DNA from: a virus | Length of the DNA stretch: 64,000 nt | Reading direction: 5' to 3' (one strand) | IMG/VR virus record: IMGVR_UViG_3300024344_002032 | Span: 1-64,000 of that record | In this document: positions 37,315 to 47,034 of the stretch, piece by piece | Numbering within the stretch: position 1 is the stretch's first letter | How the letters are laid out: every line of letters begins with the position of its first letter | Program-made: the position numbers and the translations under genes | Notes under the pieces: model-generated | Told to the model about the DNA's origin: nothing | Databases searched by the model: none | Seen by the model: the letters and a program-made list of their open reading frames with translations, nothing else

Positions 37315-40300
37315 TTACCTACTAAATTTTAATGCACCTACTATTTGATTTACTGGTGCAAATGCACCTGTAAATTTATACATTTTACCTTTATATTTAA
37401 AAACTAATCCCTCTGATGGAACTATGGATGCAGTTCCACCTATAGAATTTATTTTTTCTAAATTTTTCTTTAACAAACTTATTTTTTTAATATCCTTTGA
37501 TGTTTTTAAACCAGATATTGCAGATTTCAAATCTTTTTTAATCTTTTGAACTGCTTTTTTTGGATTAACTGCCAAAAATCCCTCTAAATTCTTTAATATT
37601 TCTGCACCTAACTCTAAGAATAATAACTCAAGTGGTTTTATATTATTATAAGCTAACTTTTTATGATCAAACTTATCAACACCTTTAGTCCAACTCAAAA
37701 ATTTATCATGTTTAATACTTTTTTTATCTAATCTGAACGACTTATCTAAATAAGCCCACCTTTTTACTAATGATTCTAAAACAATTCTTGGAATCTTGTA
37801 CTTATGTTGTTTTGCAGCATTAAAGATATATTCTCTCCAATACATCTCATTATGCATACCCAAAGTATCATTATCCTTCAGTCTATAAATAGTCTGTAAC
37901 TTTCTCAACTTCGATAAAAAATATTTTTTCTTTTTACTGAAGTCTTGGACTTTAGGTAAGTTTAAAACTACTGGTTTAGATACCTTAAATCTCTTTTGGA
38001 TATTAGCGTTTGCTTGTCTAATCATTCCCTCTAACATTCTTGCACTATCTGTTACTTGACTTTTTACAGTTCCATCTTCGTGAATCTCTACACTACCATG
38101 AAAGAATAATTCAGATACATCATAATCAATAACGTTTGCTGTAGCAGGATACATAATCTCTAAGTTCATCCATTTACTACCATTACCAAATACCTTTTCT
38201 TTTTGTTTATCTGATAATTTACCTATTGCATTCTCTAAATCTTTCATAGAACCAACAAATGCTTTTTCTATATCACCTCTACCACTAAATACACTTTTCA
38301 TACCAGCTACATTCAATGAGGTTTTACCAAACATCTTTAGATGTCCTTTATTGCGAGCCCCTCTTAGTTCTCCATCTATATAACTTACCATTAGGTTTTG
38401 TCCGTCAAGTTTCTCTGTAACATTATCTTCACGACTTAGTTTTCCCTCTAAACTCATATTGATGATGTTTTTAAAATCACCAAAAGTTAGATTGTTGTCA
38501 TCGAAAGGATGACTCATGTGACCTGCTGCTCCTCCCATTAATAATAACTCCTTTTTTTGTGGATTTAAATCTAATTCTTGTGTCCACCAATCTGGTGTAA
38601 ACAATTTTGTTTCTGATAAACTTTTTCGATATTTCTGTGCTGCTTTAGAACCCTTATTCTTTGCTACCCATCTAACTGCACTTTGACGACTAATTGTTTT
38701 CTTTCTTCCTCTTGGGTTTGGATTCTTTACGGTGTCTGGAGCAGATATTTTCTTTTTTGCATCAGCTTTCTTTTTCTTGTGTGCTTTATAAGCTCTATAA
38801 GCACCAAACGAAACACCAGCTGCCATAGTTGCAGCACTACCTAAAACTTTTGTATAAGGTGCAGTCAAACCTGTAGTAGCACCTACAGCAGTTAACACTA
38901 AGAACTTAGTTCCCATCTCACCACTAAATAAATCTGCCATTGAATACTCACCAGCGGCTGCTGCAGTAGCTGCTGCAGATAAATCTAAATCATACTCTGG
39001 ATCTCCGATGAATGTCATCTTAGTCCAAGCATAAGTTACACCAGCAGCTGCGGCTACACCCATTACTCTTTTTAATTTTGGATGTTTTTGTAAATAATCA
39101 TCTAATTTTTTTAATCCTTTTTCTTTCTTCTGTCCAAACTTTGTTTTTGCTAATTTCTTTGCTACTTTATCAGGAACATAATTAAGAACTTTCTGATATG
39201 CTTGGAAACCTTTTTTTGCACCATCTAATACTTTATCTACACTAAAATCATTTAACTTTGCAATAGAAAAAGTATTCTTATTCATCATTGTTTTTCTAAC
39301 TTTAGATAATGGTTGTTTTCCTTTTTTAGACCAATCTTTTAGAAAGTTATTAAACTTAACTCCCTCTTCTAATAACATACCATCTACTTCAAGAAGAAAC
39401 TTTACCTCATCATCTAAATTAAAGACTTCTTTCAAATCACCATACAATTCTGTATTCTTTTCAGCATTATGTTTACCAGGTAAAACTGGTTGTGCTACAT
39501 CAACTCCTGTCGTTTCACTAAAGTCATCTTTTAACCCAAACCACTTGACAATCTCAAAACCTACATTGTTTAACACCCTATTCTCTACATTCTTTTTATA
39601 CTTTGCGATAGCTACATTTTTGGGTGTATGTAAGTTTCCGTATGATATAGCAGGTACAGTATTTAATCTTATTGAAAAATCTAATAATGGATCCATAGCT
39701 TCTTTACTAATCATATAATTTATAACTTGCCAACCAAGTCCATCAAAATTTTTCTCTAACCACTCTTTAGAACTTTTTTTATAATCAGTAAAACTTATAT
39801 GAAATGTTGGTGGTCCATCATCTACAGGAGAACCAGACATCACACTACTTTCTTTTATAATCTCTTTTATTTTATCTAAATTATTATCAATGAATTCGTA
39901 CAACTTTTTAAACTTGTTATGCATCATAGTAAAGATACCTTTATCAAAGTATCCAAATGCTTGTCTGAATAGTTTTTCTCTATTCTTTTTATATTGTGGT
40001 GAACCAAGTAAATCTCTCATTACCGTTCCACTTACTTCTTTACCACCAACTTTGATTGATACGTGAGGTGCTGTAAGAACATATCCATTATCCTCATATC
40101 CTCTCATCTTGTTTTTGTTCTTTTTATAATCTTGAAAGTATTTACCACCTGATAATCTACCAGCATCTTTAGCACCAAATATGTAAATAACTGCTGTAGT
40201 ATCTTTATCATATTTCTTTAATACATTCTTTGCTACGTAAGGTGATTTTTCTTGTATGATACGATTCTTAGGAATACCCATCTTAACCATATGACGAACC

Positions 40301-40635
40301 TTTTCACTAAAGTTCATTGGATGTCTTGGTGGTTGTTTTATATTAGATGTAGTGATATATGCATCATCTACTTGTTTAGATAACCATTGGTAGGTTTTCA
40401 AATGGTGGGGCCCAAACGGTTGAAACCGTCCACCATAAATGCCTACAACCTTTTTTATTTTAGGCAAGTTTTCCTCAATTTCACTAACTGAATATACGGA
40501 TCTTTGACCAGTCTTGTCAAGCCTTTTTTTCGCTTTTTTTATCTTTTTTTGACTTTGTGATGGTAACATCCCTGCGGGCGCACCAAACTCTTCCTCTATA
40601 AAAGGTTTCACAAGCCATTCAGTTAATTTATTCAT
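37315..40635 (-). CDS. Multidomain protein: HIGH-family nucleotidyltransferase, hydrophobic domain, and KxDG ligase-like (DUF6267-type) domain
   Basis: IYGGRFQPFGPHH, FGAKDAGR and VSGTVMR; an Ala/Gly-rich hydrophobic stretch; GGAAGHMSHP, TEKLDGQN, EGLVF and KFTG. Confidence 0.75.
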   Translation of the reverse strand: MNKLTEWLVKPFIEEEFGAPAGMLPSQSQKKIKKAKKRLDKTGQRSVYSVSEIEENLPKIKKVVGIYGGRFQPFGPHHLKTYQWLSKQVDDAYITTSNIKQPPRHPMNFSEKVRHMVKMGIPKNRIIQEKSPYVAKNVLKKYDKDTTAVIYIFGAKDAGRLSGGKYFQDYKKNKNKMRGYEDNGYVLTAPHVSIKVGGKEVSGTVMRDLLGSPQYKKNREKLFRQAFGYFDKGIFTMMHNKFKKLYEFIDNNLDKIKEIIKESSVMSGSPVDDGPPTFHISFTDYKKSSKEWLEKNFDGLGWQVINYMISKEAMDPLLDFSIRLNTVPAISYGNLHTPKNVAIAKYKKNVENRVLNNVGFEIVKWFGLKDDFSETTGVDVAQPVLPGKHNAEKNTELYGDLKEVFNLDDEVKFLLEVDGMLLEEGVKFNNFLKDWSKKGKQPLSKVRKTMMNKNTFSIAKLNDFSVDKVLDGAKKGFQAYQKVLNYVPDKVAKKLAKTKFGQKKEKGLKKLDDYLQKHPKLKRVMGVAAAAGVTYAWTKMTFIGDPEYDLDLSAAATAAAAGEYSMADLFSGEMGTKFLVLTAVGATTGLTAPYTKVLGSAATMAAGVSFGAYRAYKAHKKKKADAKKKISAPDTVKNPNPRGRKKTISRQSAVRWVAKNKGSKAAQKYRKSLSETKLFTPDWWTQELDLNPQKKELLLMGGAAGHMSHPFDDNNLTFGDFKNIINMSLEGKLSREDNVTEKLDGQNLMVSYIDGELRGARNKGHLKMFGKTSLNVAGMKSVFSGRGDIEKAFVGSMKDLENAIGKLSDKQKEKVFGNGSKWMNLEIMYPATANVIDYDVSELFFHGSVEIHEDGTVKSQVTDSARMLEGMIRQANANIQKRFKVSKPVVLNLPKVQDFSKKKKYFLSKLRKLQTIYRLKDNDTLGMHNEMYWREYIFNAAKQHKYKIPRIVLESLVKRWAYLDKSFRLDKKSIKHDKFLSWTKGVDKFDHKKLAYNNIKPLELLFLELGAEILKNLEGFLAVNPKKAVQKIKKDLKSAISGLKTSKDIKKISLLKKNLEKINSIGGTASIVPSEGLVFKYKGKMYKFTGAFAPVNQIVGALKFSR

Positions 40636-40838
40636 TACTTTATTACCAATGAAGCTAATACTACTTTACCTTTTTTCTTTTTACCACTTACAACGTCTTG
40701 TAAATCATTACCCTTAAATTGTAGTTTTGCAGTAAGCTTTCTACCTTTAACAGTAATATAATTCTTACCAATCATTTCAAAAGGTATATTAGTCTCTTGT
40801 TCAATAGCTTCGTTTATGATGTCTTTTAGTTTAATCAT
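40635..40838 (-). CDS. Small hypothetical protein with MIKLKD tag
   Basis: MIKLKDIINE; overlaps both neighbours. Confidence 0.65.
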   Translation of the reverse strand: MIKLKDIINEAIEQETNIPFEMIGKNYITVKGRKLTAKLQFKGNDLQDVVSGKKKKGKVVLASLVIK

Positions 40839-41317
40839 ACTGAAAGTGCCCTCTTATACCAACCGAATATGAATCGTTCTTGTTCGGGTTTCTTATTTAC
40901 TAAATCATAATAGTGTTTTAATCTGTAACAGCGAACTCTTTCTAATTCAGGTGTATGTTTTGCTAATGCTGCTTTTGTACCAGGTCCGAATCCACCATCT
41001 ACAGATATATCACCACCTTTACCATTAATTGCTCTCTGTAAAATCTTGACTGCAGTACCTCTACCTTGATTTACACACATATCAAAAAATATATGTTTTA
41101 AATCGTCAGGTAAATCATCTACTTTATTCTTATCCCAATAATCTCTTTTGTAGATTTCTTTTGCACCATCTTCTGTTAAGTTCTTGATATCTACATCAGG
41201 ATAGAATCGTTTTGCAATACCAAAATTAGTTTCACCACCTAAATCAGTTGGGTCGTGAACGTATCCGCCCTCGTGATGTAAGGTTACTTCAATTATCTCA
41301 TCAAATGTTGTTAACAT
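40835..41317 (-). CDS. Glycoside hydrolase family 108 muramidase with peptidoglycan-binding region
   Basis: HEGGYVHDPTDLGGETNFGI, YKRDYW, FDMCVNQG and VDGGFGPGT; start MLTTFD at 41317 after AGGAG. Confidence 0.9.
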   Translation of the reverse strand: MLTTFDEIIEVTLHHEGGYVHDPTDLGGETNFGIAKRFYPDVDIKNLTEDGAKEIYKRDYWDKNKVDDLPDDLKHIFFDMCVNQGRGTAVKILQRAINGKGGDISVDGGFGPGTKAALAKHTPELERVRCYRLKHYYDLVNKKPEQERFIFGWYKRALSV

Positions 41318-41318
41318 T

Positions 41319-42056
41319 TTAGACTCCTTGTTTTTTGAGGATTTTTTGTTTTTCAATCCATCGCTTTGCAATAGGATTTTTAATAGGTTTTTTAATAAAT
41401 TTATCAACACCTTTTTTCACCAATATATTAAATTTGTTTTGTGCTTGTTTTGCATCTAAAGTTTTACTGTTATCTACTATCAAAAAGTTTTGTTTGAAAA
41501 GATTTTGAAATCTACCTAAATTTTTCTGAACATCTTCCCAAGATTTTTGTAATAACTTTGGTGGTAGTACTCTATCTCTTTCTTGATTTCTTTTTTGTGC
41601 TACTTCTAATGAAGTATTCACAAAGATCATATAAGTATCATAACCATCTTCTTCAAGTTCTCTTTTCATTTTAGCAAGTTTACCAAAGTCGTGACCAGTG
41701 CCATCAATAATCATACCTAATTTTCCGTCTTTATATAACTTCATCCGTTGAGCGGTAAGTTCTTTACTATAATCTCTTAATCCACTTTGACCTTTTGCTG
41801 TCAAATCTTTAAATACTTCATCTGGCATTTTATCTAAATCAGTACCAAATCCAAACTTTTTTAATAGAAATTTTAACTCTTTATCTGAGTTTACCATTTT
41901 CATACCAGAAGCAGAAATGTTAAGTCTATCTGGAATACCAAAAAGCTGCTTAACAACGAAAGTCTTACCACTTCCTGGACCGCCAGCAAGAAAAACTGCT
42001 TTAAATATGCCAGGATCGTTTACACCCTCTAATAATATATCCATTAACTTAATCAC
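41319..42056 (-). CDS. P-loop kinase (zeta toxin/AAA_33/Pnk-like) with MIKLMD tag
   Basis: FLAGGPGSGKT, VNSD, IIDGTG and FVNTSLEVAQKRNQERDR. Confidence 0.85.
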   Translation of the reverse strand: MIKLMDILLEGVNDPGIFKAVFLAGGPGSGKTFVVKQLFGIPDRLNISASGMKMVNSDKELKFLLKKFGFGTDLDKMPDEVFKDLTAKGQSGLRDYSKELTAQRMKLYKDGKLGMIIDGTGHDFGKLAKMKRELEEDGYDTYMIFVNTSLEVAQKRNQERDRVLPPKLLQKSWEDVQKNLGRFQNLFKQNFLIVDNSKTLDAKQAQNKFNILVKKGVDKFIKKPIKNPIAKRWIEKQKILKKQGV

Positions 42057-42087
42057 AAAAAACTCCAGTATGTTACTAATAAATATC

Positions 42088-43575
42088 TTATTTAGTAAAA
42101 ACCTTTACTCCATAACGATCTTCAAAGTCTTGTGCATCTTTCTCATCATTGACGATTGGTTGACCTTTTATATTCAAACTTGTATTTAAAACCATAGGAC
42201 AACCTGTTTCTTTATAAAATTCTTTAATTAATCTGTAATAATTAGGATTATCTTCTTTAGAAACAGTTTGAACTCTTGATGTTCCGTCAACATGACAAAT
42301 AGCAGGATATTTATCAGGATACTTACAATTTGCTACAAACTGCATAAACTGAGACTTACGAACTGGCATATCAAATATCTCATGAGCGTGTTCTTCCAAT
42401 ACACTTGGTGCGAATGGTCTAAATTCTTGTCTATGTTTAATCTTATTTACTTTATCTTTTATATCTTTACCTCTTGGATCAGCAAGTAAACTTCTATTAC
42501 CTAATGCTCGTGGACCATATTCAGCTTTACCATTTGCTACACCAACTATGTTACCCTTTAGTAACTCACCAAGAACTTTCTTTACAGGATATCTACCTTT
42601 TATATTATGTCCGATAAAACATTGTTCAAAGTTAATCTTATCACCATAAACATAAGCTGCTGAACCTAATGATGAACCTGCATCACCTGGATTTGGCATA
42701 ATCCATATATCTGGATACATATGTTTAGCTACAAGTGTATTAGCTACACAATTTAATGCAACTCCACCCATATAAACACAATTATTTGTTTGAGGAACTA
42801 ATAACTTTGCTAATTTCATAATTTTTAATATTTCTTCTTCACATATCCGTTGAACATTAGCAGCGATAGTAAAATTCCATTCGTCTGATTCATCGTCTGG
42901 ATAATATTGAGAATCCCAATCTAAACATCCCCTATGTAAATTTCGTTTAAGGTTTAAAGTGTCATCATTAAAGAAACTATCCCGTATCTCATATGATATG
43001 TGTTCATCCCATTTTCCCCAACCAGCCATACCCATTAGGATGTATTCATCTTCTTGTGGTTTCAATTCTAATCTTTGTGTCATAGCTGAATACCATAAAC
43101 CTAATGAATGTGGATACTTTCTACTCCACTTTTTTTCAAACTTACCATCCTTTACGTACCAAATAGTAGCACAATCCCACTCACCGATTGCATCTATTAC
43201 TACAACAACTGCTTCATCAAATGGTGAAGTGTAATATCCTGCTGATGCGTGTGATAGATGATGATGAACATAATGTATTTTTTGGTTTATACCAAATTGT
43301 TTTAGATACTGTTTAGGTGTATTTTGTCTTGTGAAGACTTCACTATATTGACCTGCGTAAAGTTGTCGTGTCTTTTTGAGATATGGTTTTTCAAACCAAA
43401 CTACTTTATCTGGTTTACCAAAAGATAGAGCTTCATCTATTATCTCTTGATTTAGATCCGAATCGTTTTTCTTACCACTATATCTTTCTGAATGTGCTCC
43501 GAATAGTATTTCACCATCTTCAATGACACAAACTGCCGCATCGTGGTTTAATGCGTTAATGCCTAATATTCTCAT
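42088..43575 (-). CDS. O-carbamoyltransferase (NodU/CmcH/TobZ family)
   Basis: HDAA, HHLSHA, IDAIGE, EYILMGMAGWG, GGVALNC, EYGPRALGNRS, FRPFAP and LNTSLN. Confidence 0.93.
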   Translation of the reverse strand: MRILGINALNHDAAVCVIEDGEILFGAHSERYSGKKNDSDLNQEIIDEALSFGKPDKVVWFEKPYLKKTRQLYAGQYSEVFTRQNTPKQYLKQFGINQKIHYVHHHLSHASAGYYTSPFDEAVVVVIDAIGEWDCATIWYVKDGKFEKKWSRKYPHSLGLWYSAMTQRLELKPQEDEYILMGMAGWGKWDEHISYEIRDSFFNDDTLNLKRNLHRGCLDWDSQYYPDDESDEWNFTIAANVQRICEEEILKIMKLAKLLVPQTNNCVYMGGVALNCVANTLVAKHMYPDIWIMPNPGDAGSSLGSAAYVYGDKINFEQCFIGHNIKGRYPVKKVLGELLKGNIVGVANGKAEYGPRALGNRSLLADPRGKDIKDKVNKIKHRQEFRPFAPSVLEEHAHEIFDMPVRKSQFMQFVANCKYPDKYPAICHVDGTSRVQTVSKEDNPNYYRLIKEFYKETGCPMVLNTSLNIKGQPIVNDEKDAQDFEDRYGVKVFTK

Positions 43576-43583
43576 TATAACCT

Positions 43584-44870
43584 CTAACCATTAAATGAAC
43601 TATACTCCATAGACTCTGGATTTAATTTGTTTAACCAATGATACAAATCTTCAAACCTTGCTTCTAAATCTTTATTTCTAGCCAACAACTTTCCACTTTC
43701 TTTTTCATATAAGTTTACATGACTTTTTGATGGATAAGACTGAACATATTCTCTAAACCTTTTATGTATTATCTCTACACCATAGAAATCAGGATTCATA
43801 TAAATAGGTGTGCCAGGATAAGGTGTGAATAATAAACAAATCCACTTATCAGGTTTTAAATCTAATACAAACTTCTTTGTTGCTTCTATTGATTCTTTTG
43901 TTTCACCAGGTAAACCTGTAATAATATAAACCTTAGCTTTCATTCCCCACTTCTGTATAACTTGAACTGCATCTTTGTGCATATTATTAGTTGCTTTACC
44001 AGCTTTATTAATAAGTTTTAGTATGTCGTCATCTGCTGATTCGAATCCTATACCAACTTCTCTACAACCTGCATGATATAATAACTCACAATACTCATCA
44101 TTTAATAATACTGAACTAATGGAACATCTAAATCTGATATCCAATTCGTGTAACATTGGTGCTAATCTTTCGAACCTTTTTTTATCTATGATTATATTAT
44201 CGTCTAAAAATCTAAAATGTTTTACACCATACTTATCAATCATAAGTTTTATTTCTTCTACGATATTCTCAGCACTTCTAAATCTTGTTTTTTGTTGTAG
44301 GTTAGCACAAAAAGCACAAGCGAAAGGGCAACCTCTACTTGACATAAGTGTTGCACCAATCACATTACTTTCATAGTTGTATCCACCCCACAAATCTGCA
44401 CTAGCTGCTCTATGGTCAGGTAATAAATGTCTAGCTGGATGTGGTATTGTATCTAAATCAACAACTCTATCACCTCTATGAACACCTGTAGGTTTATCTG
44501 TACATATTTTAGTTATGATTGCTTCTGCTTCATCTTGAACTACACAATCGAAATGATCGACACAATCATCTGGTAACCAAGTTGCGTGAGGACCACCAAT
44601 AATAGTATATGCTTTATCACCATATTTCTTTTTGATATTACTAGCCACTTCTTTCATGTCATCTATTTGTGGTGTAACTGCAGTTAAACAATAGATATCA
44701 CCTGGTGGTGGATTATCATATGTATTGAAGTCTTCTCTTAAATCCCACAACTCACATTCAAAACCATCTCTTTCTAAGACAGCCGCAATGTATAATGGAC
44801 CCAAAGGTGCGTATGCAAATTGTTTTGCATCCATTTTAGCATCGGGATTTACTATAATTACCTTTTCCAT
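43584..44870 (-). CDS. B12-binding radical SAM enzyme
   Basis: PLGPLYIAA, GGPHAT, SRGCPFACAFC and GFES. Confidence 0.9.
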   Translation of the reverse strand: MEKVIIVNPDAKMDAKQFAYAPLGPLYIAAVLERDGFECELWDLREDFNTYDNPPPGDIYCLTAVTPQIDDMKEVASNIKKKYGDKAYTIIGGPHATWLPDDCVDHFDCVVQDEAEAIITKICTDKPTGVHRGDRVVDLDTIPHPARHLLPDHRAASADLWGGYNYESNVIGATLMSSRGCPFACAFCANLQQKTRFRSAENIVEEIKLMIDKYGVKHFRFLDDNIIIDKKRFERLAPMLHELDIRFRCSISSVLLNDEYCELLYHAGCREVGIGFESADDDILKLINKAGKATNNMHKDAVQVIQKWGMKAKVYIITGLPGETKESIEATKKFVLDLKPDKWICLLFTPYPGTPIYMNPDFYGVEIIHKRFREYVQSYPSKSHVNLYEKESGKLLARNKDLEARFEDLYHWLNKLNPESMEYSSFNG

Positions 44871-45889
44871 TAATTTTCTCTCCAAACATCAGCAGTTACA
44901 CAATGAAATGAACCACCAAGCGTTCTTGAATGTCTTATTTGTAAAGGAACACTATCAATTTTATGTTTTTGCAATAATTTTCGTAATTTTACTTGACTTT
45001 TATCCAAAATAACTGTATTTTCATCAATTGACAACAAATTTAACCCAATCCAAGTCGATGCGTGATTAAAATCACCATAATATCCGATATCTTCACAAGG
45101 TGGACACCAAATCTTATCCCAACTCTTCAAAACTTCTGGCATATTGTCTTCATTTACTCTTTCTGGGTTCAATAAACACAATCCCTCTCTCAAAAGAGCT
45201 ATAGTTGAATCAATATGAACATAAGAATACATATTTTCAAGAACATGAACCTTATATTCATCACCTAAAAAGTTTTGTAACCATTTTGCACCAAGTTTAT
45301 TACCTGTGTTCGATAATAAATATAAGATATCATCGTTACATCTTAAAATATTTGCTGCATCAAAGATTGGTTCTGCATTTGTAAGTGTTAACTCATCTAA
45401 GTTATATCTCTGATAGTTATCATCAGTTAATCTTGGTTTTGGTGCTGATACCCATCTTGCACCATCTTTCATATAGTCAATAAACTGATCTCTGAATCCA
45501 AATGTTTCAAAATAACGAGACCTTAAAGTCATTGGTGATTCTATAATTGTATCACCGATTACTGTAACACTATCTCTTGGACAAAATGTATAATATCCGT
45601 CTGACATCCAATCTGGTGTTTGAAATATTTTTGTATTTTCCATAGGTTTCATTCTACGAACTTTAATGTTGAAAAAAGTTTTTAGAGATTGAGAAAGAAT
45701 ATCCAAATCTTCTTTTGTTTCTTCTATAACTTGTTCGGGATAATATCCTACATACACATCGTCAATATTATTCATATGTGCATAATTAATACAATGTAAA
45801 TCTTTACTTTTAATTGGATTGTTTGCATACTCTGCAGTTCCAACAAAGACTTCTCTTAATCTATCCCATTCGTTATTAACTCTAACCAT
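44870..45889 (-). CDS. Amidinotransferase (glycine/inosamine-phosphate amidinotransferase family)
   Basis: NEWDRLREVFVG, CPRD, FDAAN, HIDST and GGSFHCVT (Asp-His-Cys triad). Confidence 0.92.
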   Translation of the reverse strand: MVRVNNEWDRLREVFVGTAEYANNPIKSKDLHCINYAHMNNIDDVYVGYYPEQVIEETKEDLDILSQSLKTFFNIKVRRMKPMENTKIFQTPDWMSDGYYTFCPRDSVTVIGDTIIESPMTLRSRYFETFGFRDQFIDYMKDGARWVSAPKPRLTDDNYQRYNLDELTLTNAEPIFDAANILRCNDDILYLLSNTGNKLGAKWLQNFLGDEYKVHVLENMYSYVHIDSTIALLREGLCLLNPERVNEDNMPEVLKSWDKIWCPPCEDIGYYGDFNHASTWIGLNLLSIDENTVILDKSQVKLRKLLQKHKIDSVPLQIRHSRTLGGSFHCVTADVWREN

Positions 45890-47034
45890 TAGAAAAATCC
45901 TTTTTCATGTCCAGTCTTCAATTCATTTTCTGAATACTTGTAATGACCATCACTTATTCTAGCTGCATATTTATTGTAATCATAATATCTACATTGACTA
46001 CTACATTTTTTCCAACTAAGAAAGTTTTTCATCTTGTCCAACAAATCATCTCTCTGTAAAAAATCAAGTCCATTTTCTATCCAATCATCAATAACATAAT
46101 CTTGATTTCCTAAATGTTCACAACACCACAAAACATTACCATTAGAATTTACAACCACATAAAATAAAGGTGCAAAGCATTGTTTTACGTGATGTGTCCA
46201 ATCTATATCAGACCAAGAATAATTCTCTATATTAGAACTTGGTTCATTAATTAATTTTGAATGTCGTTGTTTACCAAACGTTCCTTTGTAACTTATACCT
46301 TTTTCTTCACAATAATTTCTAACTTCAACTTCTACCTCTTCCCAAGTATACCCATCAGGTGGTTCTAATGTTCTTTTACCAGCTCTTTCCATTGTTGCAG
46401 TTCTATCACTAAAATAAACAATTCTTTGAAAATATTCATCAAAACCCATTTCAACTGCTAAATCAACATTAGCTTTTAAATCAGAAATTTCTTTGTTGTA
46501 ATCATTAATCAAAACTTTATAAGTAAAAAAAGTACCATAACTTTGAAACTGATTCATTTTTTCGGATATACTTTTTTTAACCTTTTCTAAGTTACCTTTT
46601 CTTATAATAAAATATTTTTCTGGATCTGCAGTATCAATATCTATACCTACCCAACTTGGTTTATAATCTTCTGTAAAATTTAGATGTCTAAATCTTGCTC
46701 CATTAGTTATTAATCCTACCTTATATCCTTTTCTTAAAACATGATTTATAATTTTATCAGCATCTTTATGATCTAATGGTTCTCCACCTCCTGAAAAGGT
46801 AACATCATTAATACCATCGGGTAAATTATCTATAAAATTTATCCAATCCTCAGTAGTTGCTTTATCAGGATTATGTTCTCTAAATATTTCCGAATTACAA
46901 TAATAGCAAGCTTGATGACAAGTATTAGTTATTTGCAATTCAATACTTAATGGTACTGGTGTTTTACCATGATTTATAATATCATTTAATCTTTCGAAAT
47001 GATATTGTGCTTTGTTGACTAATCCCTCACTCAC
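45889..47034 (-). CDS. Radical SAM protein with SPASM/twitch domain
   Basis: CHQACYYC, SGGGEP and ITNG; C-terminal C...WCC...CSSQC. Confidence 0.88.
   Translation of the reverse strand: MSEGLVNKAQYHFERLNDIINHGKTPVPLSIELQITNTCHQACYYCNSEIFREHNPDKATTEDWINFIDNLPDGINDVTFSGGGEPLDHKDADKIINHVLRKGYKVGLITNGARFRHLNFTEDYKPSWVGIDIDTADPEKYFIIRKGNLEKVKKSISEKMNQFQSYGTFFTYKVLINDYNKEISDLKANVDLAVEMGFDEYFQRIVYFSDRTATMERAGKRTLEPPDGYTWEEVEVEVRNYCEEKGISYKGTFGKQRHSKLINEPSSNIENYSWSDIDWTHHVKQCFAPLFYVVVNSNGNVLWCCEHLGNQDYVIDDWIENGLDFLQRDDLLDKMKNFLSWKKCSSQCRYYDYNKYAARISDGHYKYSENELKTGHEKGFF

Noticed and set aside
41288-41317. MLTTFDEIIE at the start of GH108 as a T4-type capsid-targeting sequence
   Set aside because: F-D-x-x-x-E before HEGG is the normal first helix of GH108 enzymes, so it is not evidence of a tag.
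41319-42056. Zeta toxin-antitoxin module
   Set aside because: There is no epsilon-like antitoxin, and the context and N-terminal tag favour a phage late or virion kinase.
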